A stretch of DNA of 32,000 nt from Kineococcus radiotolerans SRS30216 = ATCC BAA-149 (GTDB taxonomy: Bacteria; Actinomycetota; Actinomycetes; Actinomycetales; Kineococcaceae): the NCBI RefSeq assembly GCF_000017305.1, contig NC_009664.2, positions 90,001 to 122,000 of the forward strand, written 5' to 3'. The position numbers were made by a program, and so were the translations under genes. The notes under the pieces were generated by a model. That model was not told the DNA's origin. It saw only the letters and a list, made by a program, of their open reading frames with translations, and did no database searches. Positions within the stretch are counted from its first letter, which is position 1. Each line of letters begins with the position of its first letter. Below are positions 9,615 through 17,500 of the stretch, in pieces.

Positions 9615-10657
9615 CCGGCGGCGGGGTCGTCGACGACGAGGGTGCCGTCGATGATCTGCTGCTGGACGGCCTCGACCTCCGCGATGACGTCGGGGTGCTC
9701 GGCGATGAGGCAGCCGGAGGTGGCGACGTCGTCGGACAGTGCCGTGACGCCCACGCCGCCCTCCTTCAGCCCGTAGACCTGGTCACCGCCGGTCGTGCCG
9801 GCCAGCACGGCCTCGACGGCGTCCGCCAGGGCGATGTCCACGTTCTTCAAGACGTTGTCCACGACGTGCCCGGGCGCATCGGCGCACTGGTTGGTGTCGA
9901 CTCCGTACGTCGAGAACGCGCCGGTCGCGGCGACCTGGAAGGTGCCGACGTTGCTGCCCGAGGCGGCCGCCACCACCTGGTCCACGCCTCCGTCGGCCAG
10001 CACCTGCGCCTGCGCAGCCCCGCGGGCGGGATCGCCGAAGGGGTTGTCACCGCCGACGAACAGCGCGGTGCCGGTGACGTCGGGGCGCACGCTGCGCGCG
10101 CCGGCGGTGAACGGGTCGACCCAGCGGCGGATGAAGGGGGTGTCCAGCGCGGCGACGGTCCCGATCTTGCCGGTCTTCGTGAGCAGGCCGGCCTCGACCC
10201 CGGCGAGGTAGGCCGCCTCGTGCTCGCGGAAGGAGGCGCACGTCACGTTCTCCGGTTGCGGGTCCGGGCAGGCGTCGACGAGGAGGAACTGCTGGTCGGG
10301 GTTGTCCACCGGGACGGTGGCGAACACGTCCTGCAGCGAGAAGGACAGGCCCACCACGACCGCGGGCTTCTCCCGCACCGCGGCCTCCACGTTCTGCTGG
10401 ATGGAGGTGGGGTCGTTGCTCTCGAACACCTCGATCTCCAGACCGTTCTCCTTCGCCACACGCTCAGCGCCGTCGACGGCCAGCTGGAGGAAGTTGTTGC
10501 CGCCCACCGGGTTGGGGGTCACCACGATGAGCGAACCCGCCGGAGATCCCGTTCCGCTCGCGCTCTCGCCCCCGCCGCTGGAGTCCGCGCAGGAGGTGAG
10601 CAGCAGCGAAGTCGCCGTCACGGCGAGCAGGGTGGACCGGAGGGGCCGAGAGCGCAT
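9611..10657 (-). CDS. BMP-family (PnrA/Med-like) ABC substrate-binding lipoprotein, likely for nucleosides
   Basis: 348 aa with signal peptide and lipobox LLLTS-C. BMP-like stretches: LIVVTPNPVGGNNF, TVAALDTPFIRRW. First gene of the operon that ends in the nucleoside hydrolase. Confidence 0.88.
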   Translation of the reverse strand: MRSRPLRSTLLAVTATSLLLTSCADSSGGGESASGTGSPAGSLIVVTPNPVGGNNFLQLAVDGAERVAKENGLEIEVFESNDPTSIQQNVEAAVREKPAVVVGLSFSLQDVFATVPVDNPDQQFLLVDACPDPQPENVTCASFREHEAAYLAGVEAGLLTKTGKIGTVAALDTPFIRRWVDPFTAGARSVRPDVTGTALFVGGDNPFGDPARGAAQAQVLADGGVDQVVAAASGSNVGTFQVAATGAFSTYGVDTNQCADAPGHVVDNVLKNVDIALADAVEAVLAGTTGGDQVYGLKEGGVGVTALSDDVATSGCLIAEHPDVIAEVEAVQQQIIDGTLVVDDPAAG

Positions 10658-10675
10658 GGTGATCCTGTCGTCGAA

Positions 10676-10699
10676 GGTGGCGCGAGATTACACGCCACC
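10676..10699 (-). promoter_or_regulatory. Hairpin or inverted repeat in the 5' leader of the BMP operon
   Basis: On the minus strand: GGTGGCG-TGTAATCTCG-CGCCACC, a 7-bp stem 19-42 nt upstream of ATG 10657. It is followed by AGGA 6 nt before the ATG. Confidence 0.3.
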
Positions 10700-10978
10700 T
10701 CACTCCCCCTCGCTCGTGCTCGCGTCCCACGCGCCGAGACCGGGACTCCGACCCCGGCCCAGCAACCGTGTGCGGCGAGCTGGGGCCGCGGTGGTTGACA
10801 TCGACCCCGGGAGTGGGTTCCAATTCGAGGACCATCCAGAGCGGCTGAGAGACTTGGCTCGACGACGCCGCAGCAACCACCAGCTCCCGGGCTGACAGGT
10901 GCTTCCGCCAAGCCGATGGACCGCGGAGGCAGAGTGCACCACTGGAGCGAGGCGGTCACCGGACCGCGGCCGCAACTG

Positions 10979-11700
10979 CACCTCGTGCGCCGGCGCCACG
11001 TCGACCTGGCGCTGCAGTCCAGCAGTTGCTGTCCGGGCTGACCGCACCTCCCTGCCTGCCGTCCACGGGTTTCGCTGCCTACCCGGCTCCGCTCGTGCAC
11101 CGCTCGCCCCTCGGGATCCACCGCACCTCCCCGTGCCCGGCTGTGCCCGGGCAGGGTCTGCGGGGTCGTTGGGCCGTCACGGCCGGCGACCTGGGTGCAG
11201 TCCTCCCGTCGGACACCGGCGTACCCACATTCCGTGCCCTCCGCCCGTGACGACCCCGGATCCTCGCTGCCTCCCAGGACGGCGAACGGCGCCTCGCACG
11301 GACGCGGCGCGGAGACGGCACGCTGCACCGCCCGCCCGACGGGCCGCCGGCTGAGGGTGGAAGCGTCCGCGAGAACTGCGGCGTGGTTCTCGGCGGCGCG
11401 GCCGGACGCAGCCTGGCCATCGTGGACGTGGACGAGGAGGTCGCCGCCGAACTGGACGCCACCCCGACTCAGGTCGGACTCGCCTGGACCGTGCGGAACC
11501 CCGGCGCCACCGCGCCGGTCCTCGCTGCCCGGACCGTCGGGCAACGGCAGGAGAACCCGGGGGTTCGCGAGGTCGACCTCACCGCGGACCAGGTGGCCCG
11601 GCTGGACGAGGCCGGCGCGATCGACCTCGGTCCTCCCCACGCCCTGCTCGCCGGCGACCACGTCCGCGTCCAGAGATGCAGCTCAGCGCGCGTCGACGTC
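10979..11700 (+). pseudogene. Aldo/keto reductase remnant; only the C-terminal third is clearly recognisable
   Basis: About 11398-11660 in frame 1 reads LAIVDVDEEVAAELDATPTQVGLAWTVRNPGATAPVLAARTVGQRQENPGVREVDLTADQVARLDEAGAIDLGPPHALL. This is the AKR C-terminal pattern (TPAQVALAW ... APILGARTVEQLEENLGA ... L..LDE ... FPH) with non-conservative changes. The same frame has an in-frame TGA at 11248-11250. Further upstream only a faint HVDL (about 10997, a different frame) resembles the AKR D-L-Y motif. No intact N-terminus, and no stop before the frame runs antisense through the next gene. Confidence 0.45.
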
Positions 11701-12606
11701 GCGGAAGAAGGGGAGGAGAGCCGCAGCGACCTCGCCCGGCGCTTCCACGGCCGCGTAGTGCCCCACGCCCTCCAGCAGGACCGAACGGACACCGACCCCT
11801 ACGGCCGCGGACAAGGTGGCTTCCGTGAAACCACCACCGCCGGCACCGACGGCCAGGACCGGTGCCGTCAGCGGGTGCGCGGCGGCGAGGGCGGTGATCT
11901 CCGCACCCTCAGCCAGCATCGAGCGGTAGAGGCCGCTGGCCCCGCGGAACCCCCCGGGCCGGGAGTAGGTCCGGGTGAACTCGGCCACGTCGGCGTCGGT
12001 GACCGACCCCGGGACCGCCGTCATGGCCGGGAAGACGAAGTCACCGAGGAACTCCCGCTCACGACCGGCGAGCAGCATCTCCGGGATGCCCGGCGCGGCC
12101 AGGACCCCGATGTGCCAGGCCCCTCCGCGGGTGACGTCGGCCAGCCGTTCCAGTCCGAACCCGGCCAGGCCCATCTCGATGCCGGTGAAGCTCAGCACGT
12201 CCGCGCGGTGGCGGCTGGCGAAGCGGAAGACCGCCGCGCCGCTGATGTCCTGACCCACGACGTGGACAGGGCCGAGACCCAGGTGCTCGACCAGGGCGTG
12301 CAGGTCCTCGGCCGAGGTGGCGCTGTCGTAGGCGTCGGGGCCGTCGTCGTCGTCGTTGCCGGAGTCACCGAAACCTCGCAGGTCGACGGCGATGACGCGG
12401 TGGTGCTGCGCCAGCAGGGGGATGAGGCGGTGGAAGGCCCACCACGTCTCGGGGAAACCGTGCACCAGCAGGACGGCGGAGCCGACGGCGCCGGCCCGGA
12501 CGTGGTGCAGCGTCGTCCCGTTGACCTCCGCGTGGTGGTGGGTGACCTCGGGGATGGAGGCCGGTGGGGCGGGATCGGTGGCAGGAGTGGTGAGGGATGC
12601 GGACAC
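11683..12606 (-). CDS. Alpha/beta hydrolase, epoxide-hydrolase/dehalogenase-like
   Basis: C-terminal 307 aa of track ORF 11683..12975. GTG at 12606 lies 5 nt after GGAGG. Motifs: LLVHGFPETWWAFHRLIPLL, IAVDLRGFGDS, VVGQDISGAAV (Asp-type nucleophile elbow), GVGHYA. Confidence 0.85.
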   Translation of the reverse strand: MSASLTTPATDPAPPASIPEVTHHHAEVNGTTLHHVRAGAVGSAVLLVHGFPETWWAFHRLIPLLAQHHRVIAVDLRGFGDSGNDDDDGPDAYDSATSAEDLHALVEHLGLGPVHVVGQDISGAAVFRFASRHRADVLSFTGIEMGLAGFGLERLADVTRGGAWHIGVLAAPGIPEMLLAGREREFLGDFVFPAMTAVPGSVTDADVAEFTRTYSRPGGFRGASGLYRSMLAEGAEITALAAAHPLTAPVLAVGAGGGGFTEATLSAAVGVGVRSVLLEGVGHYAAVEAPGEVAAALLPFFRDVDAR

Positions 12607-12621
12607 GGTGACCTCCAGGTG

Positions 12622-12661
12622 GACAAGTTGCTTGTCGACCAAGGTAGACAAGCAGCTTGTC
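12622..12661. promoter_or_regulatory. Two tandem 15-bp palindromes; candidate MarR operators
   Basis: GACAAGTTGCTTGTC (12622-12636) and GACAAGCAGCTTGTC (12647-12661), 25 bp apart. Both are flanked GGTr...GA. They lie between the hydrolase start (12606) and the MarR start (12691). Confidence 0.5.
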
Positions 12662-12690
12662 GATGTCCAGTGATTGGTTACGCTGGACGG

Positions 12691-13203
12691 GTGTCCCGCT
12701 CCGGTGCCGATCTCGCCCTCCTCCTGCTCGGGGGATTCCGTTCCCTGGTGGACTCCGCCCAGGAGGAGCTGAGCCGGCGCGGGTACGAGGACGTGCGACC
12801 GGTCCACGACTTCGCCATCCGAGCCATCGCCGCGGGAGCCGACAGCGCCTCGGAGCTGAGCCGGCGCACGTCGGTGACCAAGCAGGCCGCGGCGCAGACG
12901 ATCAGCGTGCTGCAGGAGCGGGGTTACGTGGCCCGGAAGGCCGATCCCGACGACGCCCGGCGCAAGCGGCTGCACGTCACGGAGCGCGGGTTCGCCCTGC
13001 TCAGCGAGGGAGAGGCGATCTTCGATGAACTCCGCGAGGAGTGGGCGCGGCGCATCGGCACCGACCAGCTGCAGCAGCTCGAGGCCCGCCTGAGCGAGCT
13101 CGTCGGTCCGGGCGCCGTCCGGCTCGACGCGCCCGGCTGGGTCGCGACCCAGGACCTCGGCTCGGGCGCGAAGAGGGAGACGACTCCCGACCGCGGTGAG
13201 TGA
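12691..13203 (+). CDS. MarR-family transcriptional regulator
   Basis: Last 170 aa of the 606-aa track ORF, starting at GTG 12691. Winged-helix stretch: ASELSRRTSVTKQAAAQTISVLQERGYVARKADPDDARRKRLHVTERG. Confidence 0.85.
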   Translation: MSRSGADLALLLLGGFRSLVDSAQEELSRRGYEDVRPVHDFAIRAIAAGADSASELSRRTSVTKQAAAQTISVLQERGYVARKADPDDARRKRLHVTERGFALLSEGEAIFDELREEWARRIGTDQLQQLEARLSELVGPGAVRLDAPGWVATQDLGSGAKRETTPDRGE

Positions 13204-13650
13204 TCACGACCTCACTCCGCCCCGGGGACGACCGAGGCCCGTACTGGTCAGCGCCGCGCCACACCCAGCCGGAACCGGCCCACCCCCGCCCCCGCCGTCG
13301 TCGGTGCGCCCGGTCGTCCCGCGTGGTGCGCACGGCGTCGGCCGTCAGCAGCCCCGCTCTCGCGCACGGGGGCGGACGGGCGGGTGCGACAGCGGGCAGC
13401 GCCGGGTGCTCGATCGCGTGACCGCCGTGGAGGTCGAGGGCCTCGACGACGTCGTCGGTCTCCAGGAGGGGCACCACGCACCGAGCCTGCCACCGGGCCC
13501 CCGGGCCGCCCTCTCGACCTCACGCTCCTCCTGCGTCGTGCACGCTGTCGCCTGCAGCCCAGGACATCGCGGTCCTGCCGGGGACCGAGGTCACCTGGAG
13601 TGCCTCCGCGCCCACCGATTTCGCCACCCCGCCCGCCCACCCTCGAACTC

Positions 13651-14163
13651 ATGACCTCGGTCGGACCAGCCACCCTCGACGACGCCCGCGACCTGGCCCG
13701 CATCCACGTCGACACCTGGCAGGTCGCCTACCCCGGACTCGTCCCCGACGTCGTCCTGGCCGCGATGACCCTCACCACGGCGATCGAGCGGTGGGAGGCG
13801 GTGCTGCCCCTGCACCCTCCGCAGCACTGCCTCCTGGCCGAGGACCCGGCCGGTAACACCACCGGTTTCGTCCGCTGCGGCCCCAGTCGCGACGAGCGAG
13901 CCCCCGGCACCACCGGCGAGATCCACGCCCTGTACGTGCAGCCCACCTCCTGGGGCACCGGCACCGGACGGGCCCTGCTCCGAGCCGCCCAGCAGCAACT
14001 GCTCGCCGACGGCTTCACCGAGGCCACCTTGTGGGTGCTCGCGCGCAACGACCGGGCCCAGCGCTTCTACCGACGGTGCGGATGGGCCCCCGACGGCGGC
14101 ACCAAGCAGGACCAGCACGAAGGCGTCGTCGTGGACGAGGTGCGCCACCGACACGCGCTCTGA
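13651..14163 (+). CDS. GNAT-family N-acetyltransferase
   Basis: ATG 13651 within track ORF 13384..14163; the upstream part is Arg-rich junk. Acetyl-CoA motif region: IHALYVQPTSWGTGTGRALLRAA ... RAQRFYRRCGW. Confidence 0.85.
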   Translation: MTSVGPATLDDARDLARIHVDTWQVAYPGLVPDVVLAAMTLTTAIERWEAVLPLHPPQHCLLAEDPAGNTTGFVRCGPSRDERAPGTTGEIHALYVQPTSWGTGTGRALLRAAQQQLLADGFTEATLWVLARNDRAQRFYRRCGWAPDGGTKQDQHEGVVVDEVRHRHAL

Positions 14164-14262
14164 CGCACCTGGCCGTCCCGCGGTGAGGGCCTGCCACCCG
14201 CCCCGAAGTCCCCCGGGGTCCGGCCCACCGGTTCGACCTCCCACGAGGCGCGGGGTGGACCG

Positions 14263-14841
14263 TCAGCTCAAGGAGGCGCCAGCCGCCCGCAGTTCGTCGA
14301 AGGCGGCCGCGGTATGGCCCCACAAGTCCCCCGCCGCGTCCGGATCCGCCTCGGCCCACGAGGCGTAACCGCGCTTGAAGGCCATCACCCCCAGCTCCGC
14401 CGCCAGGTGCGCCTGCACCTCGGGCACGGCGCGGGCCAGCAGCGCCTCGGTCATCGCCGCCGCCATCCCCACGCTCTTGAGCGCGTCCCGCTCCTGCAGC
14501 TCGGTGCTCGCGGCCACCGCCGCCTTCAGGCGCGGACCCAGCTCGCGGTTGGCCGGGCCCATCGCCTCACAGGCGCGTTCCAGGCCGGAGGCGACCGCCT
14601 GCAGGGGGCTGGCCGCCTCCGGGGCCGCCGAGATCCCCTCGGCCAGCAGCCGGCTCAGGGTCTCCTGCCCGGCCACCAGCAGTTCCCGCTTGTCGGGGAA
14701 GTGGCGGAAGAAGGTGCTCTTGGTGACCCCGGCCCGCTCGGCGATCTCGGTCACCGTCGTGGCGTCGTAGCCCTGCTCGGTGAACAGGTCCACCGCAGCG
14801 AGGACGAGCCGCTCCCGCGCGCCGGGTTCCCATCGAGCCAT
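14263..14841 (-). CDS. TetR-family transcriptional regulator
   Basis: 192 aa. N-terminal HTH: RLVLAAVDLFTEQGYDATTVTEIAERAGVTKSTFFRHFPDK. Confidence 0.9.
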   Translation of the reverse strand: MARWEPGARERLVLAAVDLFTEQGYDATTVTEIAERAGVTKSTFFRHFPDKRELLVAGQETLSRLLAEGISAAPEAASPLQAVASGLERACEAMGPANRELGPRLKAAVAASTELQERDALKSVGMAAAMTEALLARAVPEVQAHLAAELGVMAFKRGYASWAEADPDAAGDLWGHTAAAFDELRAAGASLS

Positions 14842-14879
14842 GTCCGGATCCTAAGTCACGGGCCTGTAGCCCCGAGGTA

Positions 14880-14936
14880 ACGGGACTTTTGTCTCATCAC
14901 GAGGTACGGTGCTGTCGACGGGACAAAAGTCCCATC
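14880..14936. promoter_or_regulatory. Two copies of ACGGGAC-N4-GTCyCATCAC (each a GGGAC-N4-GTCCC-type palindrome); candidate TetR operators
   Basis: ACGGGACTTTTGTCTCATCAC starts at about 14880 and ACGGGACAAAAGTCCCATCAC at about 14918, 38-39 bp apart. They lie in the 121-bp gap between the divergent TetR (14841) and SDR (14963) starts. Confidence 0.5.
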
Positions 14937-14962
14937 ACCGCCCGCACCCCGAAGGGGACCCC

Positions 14963-15844
14963 ATGCGCGTCTTCGTCACCGGCGCCACCGGCACCATCGG
15001 CTCCGCCGTCACCGCCGAACTGCTCACCCACGGCCACACCGTCCTCGCCCTCGCCCGCTCCGGAGCCTCCGCGGAGAAACTGCGAGCCGCCGGCGCTGAG
15101 GCGCTGCCGGGATCGCTGACCAACCTCGACGTCCTGCGCGCCGGCGCGGCGCAGACCGACGGCGTGATCCACCTCGCCTTCGACCACGACCTCACCGCTC
15201 CCGAAGCCCTCGACCGCGCCATCACGCAGGAGACCGCGGCCCTGCACGCCCTGGGCGCGGAACTCACCGGCAGCGACCGTCCCCTCGTCACCGTCTCGGG
15301 CACACCCTGGGTTCCCGGCCGCGCCTCCACCGAGGCCGACCCCCTGCCCACCGACGGACCGGTCGGCGGGCGCGGCCGCACGGTGACCGCGATCCTCGAC
15401 CTCGCCTCGCAGGGCGTGCGCACCGCGGCCGTCCGCATGCCGCGCACCGTTCACCACGAGGGTCGGGGCGGGTTCGCCGGTCTGCTGACCGACGCCGCCC
15501 GCCGCAGCGGAGTCGCCGGCTACCCCGGTGACGGCACCCAACGCTGGCCGGCCGTGCACGCCCTCGACGCCGCCGCCCTCTTCCGCCTCGCCCTGGAATC
15601 CGCACCGGCCGGCACGTCCTGGCACGCCGTCGCCGACGAAGGCGACGCGGTGCGCGACATCGCCGCCGTCATCGGCCGGCGACTGGAACTGCCGGTCGAG
15701 CCCGTGCCCGAGGAGACCTTCGGCCCGTTCGGGCCGATCTTCGCGATGGACCAGCCCTCCACCAGCACCCGCACCCGCCGAACCCTCGGCTGGAACCCCC
15801 ACCACCCCAGCCTGCTCCAGGACCTGGAGAACATCGAACGCTGA
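14963..15844 (+). CDS. NAD(P)-binding SDR-family oxidoreductase (atypical SDR / epimerase-like)
   Basis: ATG 14963 within track ORF 14909..15844. N-terminus MRVFVTGATGTIGSAVTAELLTHGHTVLALARS has the Rossmann motif GxxGxxG. Confidence 0.85.
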   Translation: MRVFVTGATGTIGSAVTAELLTHGHTVLALARSGASAEKLRAAGAEALPGSLTNLDVLRAGAAQTDGVIHLAFDHDLTAPEALDRAITQETAALHALGAELTGSDRPLVTVSGTPWVPGRASTEADPLPTDGPVGGRGRTVTAILDLASQGVRTAAVRMPRTVHHEGRGGFAGLLTDAARRSGVAGYPGDGTQRWPAVHALDAAALFRLALESAPAGTSWHAVADEGDAVRDIAAVIGRRLELPVEPVPEETFGPFGPIFAMDQPSTSTRTRRTLGWNPHHPSLLQDLENIER

Positions 15845-15858
15845 GCGGTCGAGGTGCC

Positions 15859-15896
15859 GCGGCAGGAGCGGTCTCGGGAACACCGGCTCCTGCCGC
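15859..15896 (+). terminator. Stem-loop after the SDR gene; possible intrinsic terminator without a U-tract
   Basis: GCGGCAGGAGC (15859-15869) and GCTCCTGCCGC (15886-15896) form a perfect 11-bp stem with a 16-nt loop. It starts 15 nt after the stop codon. Confidence 0.4.
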
Positions 15897-16007
15897 TCAC
15901 CGTCGACGACCAGTCCTGAAGACCTCACGGTCACCCCGCAGACATCGCACGGTCCTGCCGATGGGCACGTGATTGCACACCGGCGCCAGCAGCGCCAGAA
16001 TGGCGCC

Positions 16008-16238
16008 ATGCCCAGTGTTCAGATCAAGGACGTCCCCGACGAGACGCACACCGTCCTGCGCCGCCGTGCCGCCCTGGCCCACCAGTCCCTGCAGGAGTAC
16101 CTCCTCGCCAAACTCGTCGAGGAAGCCAGCACCCCCACCCTCGACGAAGTCCTCGAACGCGCCGGCGGACGAGCCGGCGGAAGCCTGTCCTTCCGCGACG
16201 CCGTGAAGGCGGTGCACGACGACCGTGATCGTCGTTGA
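16008..16238 (+). CDS. vapB: Type II antitoxin, ribbon-helix-helix (FitA/VapB-like)
   Basis: ATG 16008, 76 aa: MPSVQIKDVPDETHTVLRRRAALAHQSLQEYLLAKLVEE. This is the typical RHH antitoxin N-terminus. It overlaps the PIN gene by 14 nt. Confidence 0.8.
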   Translation: MPSVQIKDVPDETHTVLRRRAALAHQSLQEYLLAKLVEEASTPTLDEVLERAGGRAGGSLSFRDAVKAVHDDRDRR

Positions 16239-16617
16239 CGCCAGCGTCCTCGCTCCCGCCCTGGCCGACGACGGACCTGACGGAGACCGGGCCCGGGACC
16301 GTCTACGGAGCGAGGTGCTCACCGCTCCCGAAGTGATCGACCTGGAGGTGGCCTCCGTCTTGCGCCGCGCCGCTGCGAGCGGACGCCTCCCCGATCGCCG
16401 CGCCGACCTGGCGTGGAACGACCTCATCGACCTGCCCCTGCGCCGCGCCGGTCACCGGCCGCTGCTGCGTCGTTGCTGGGAACTGAGGCACACCGTCACC
16501 AGCTACGACGCCGCCTACGTCGCCCTGGCCGAGGCCCTGGACATCGTCCTGGTCACCGCCGACGCCCGCCTGTCCCGTGCGCCGGGCATCACCTGCGAGG
16601 TGGAGGTCCTGCGCTGA
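16225..16617 (+). CDS. vapC: PIN-domain toxin VapC
   Basis: 130 aa. MIVVDASVL (first acidic residue), ...EV..., TSYDAAYVALAE, VLVTADARL give the canonical PIN acidic residues and spacing. Confidence 0.85.
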   Translation: MIVVDASVLAPALADDGPDGDRARDRLRSEVLTAPEVIDLEVASVLRRAAASGRLPDRRADLAWNDLIDLPLRRAGHRPLLRRCWELRHTVTSYDAAYVALAEALDIVLVTADARLSRAPGITCEVEVLR

Positions 16618-16695
16618 CCCCAGTGCCCCACGCACCGCCGAGCGAGAAGTCGTCGACATCCGCACACGCCGGTGGCCGGGCGTTGCTGCGACACG

Positions 16696-16935
16696 ATGAG
16701 CGACGTGAGCCAGGAGAAACCGTGGTGGAGCATCACCCGCACGCGTGACCAGTCGTCGTTCCTGGGCCTGCTGCGGGTCGTGGTGGGATCGCACCAGTCG
16801 ATCGACCTCTTCACCGCTGATCGCGCGAGCTGGTGGCGCTGGGCTGCCGCTGCCCTGCTCATCGTCATGGCCAGCTACTACCTGGCCGCCTGGTGGACAC
16901 GCGGGCGGCGAGGAACAAGGGACTCGCGCGGCTGA
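16696..16935 (+). CDS. Hypothetical small membrane protein (79 aa)
   Basis: ATG 16696 within track ORF 16672..16935. High GC3. One clear hydrophobic helix, WWRWAAAALLIVMASYYLAAWW, followed by a basic tail. No family recognised. Confidence 0.4.
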   Translation: MSDVSQEKPWWSITRTRDQSSFLGLLRVVVGSHQSIDLFTADRASWWRWAAAALLIVMASYYLAAWWTRGRRGTRDSRG

Positions 16936-17009
16936 CGCACGGTCGTCCCGCTGATCCGGGCGCGATCGTGGAACGCCGTCGGCCACTCCCCTCGCCCGCT
17001 GAGGGCACC

Positions 17010-17500
17010 GTGGGCCGGAGCACCACCGGCGGAACGTCGGGCGAGCCCACCACGTCAGAGGACCGGCGACCTCGCCGGCGACTCCTCCTCGGCTGCAGCC
17101 TGCTGGCGTTCCTGCAGGCCTGCAGCCCGCGCCACGGGATTGCACGACCATGGGCGGGACCAGCGGGGTGAGCTTCGCCGCCTCAGCCCTGCTCACGACC
17201 GCCCCGTTGCCGTGGCAGACCACCTCCTGCGCCGGCGACGTGTGCCGAGACCACCTCGTCGAGGACCACCAGAGCACCTGGTCCGGCGTGGAGAACGACC
17301 AGCTGAGCGCAGATCCCGTCACGGCCCGCCTCAAGGTGGCGGCCGGTGACGGCGCGGTGCTGGTGGACTCCGCGACGGAGGTCACCCCAGAACGCGTGGA
17401 CGCCAATGGCAACGGCTGCGGGCCCATCATCTGGAGCGCCGAGGTCACCGTCGGGGTCGACGGCTCCCTCGCGGCCGCCCCGATCAGCGACCAGCGCTGA
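17010..17500 (+). pseudogene. Hypothetical lipoprotein whose signal peptide and mature domain are in different frames
   Basis: The frame starting at GTG 17010 (GAGGG 5 nt upstream) encodes ...RRPRRRLLLGCSLLAFLQA-C, a lipoprotein signal, and stops at 17171. A strongly GC3-biased ORF in another frame (17150..17500) encodes the rest: ...TSCAGDVCRDHLVED...NGNGCGPIIWSAEVTV.... The inferred frame change lies at about 17125-17150. Confidence 0.4.

Noticed and set aside
10800-11230. Possible structured RNA: GTCCGGGCT (RNase P-like), ACCACTGG (B12-box-like), GGCTGAGAG (TPP-like), and an SRP-like GACAGGTGCTTCC.
   Set aside because: - Each match is a single short block.
- The accompanying conserved blocks of RNase P (GAGGAAAGUCC, ACAGAA), cobalamin (GGGAA...GGUG.AAUCC), TPP (ACCC...CCUGAUC...AGGGA) and SRP RNAs are absent on both strands.
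- The region is kept only as 'unexplained, likely AKR relic'.
13204-13650. 447-bp gap with a GC3-rich patch readable on both strands: minus ...VPLLETDDVVEALDLHGGHAIEHP..., plus ...VLDRVTAVEVEGLDDVVGLQEGHH....
   Set aside because: - The open frames are short.
- They lack a credible start and RBS.
- They would overlap the MarR 3' end, and they match no family I recognise.
- In-phase antisense frames both look 'coding' at this GC content. It may be a gene relic, but that is not supportable.
14225-14250. tRNA T-loop-like GGTTCGACC in the GNAT/TetR convergent gap.
   Set aside because: No flanking T-stem complementarity and no acceptor or anticodon arms could be drawn.
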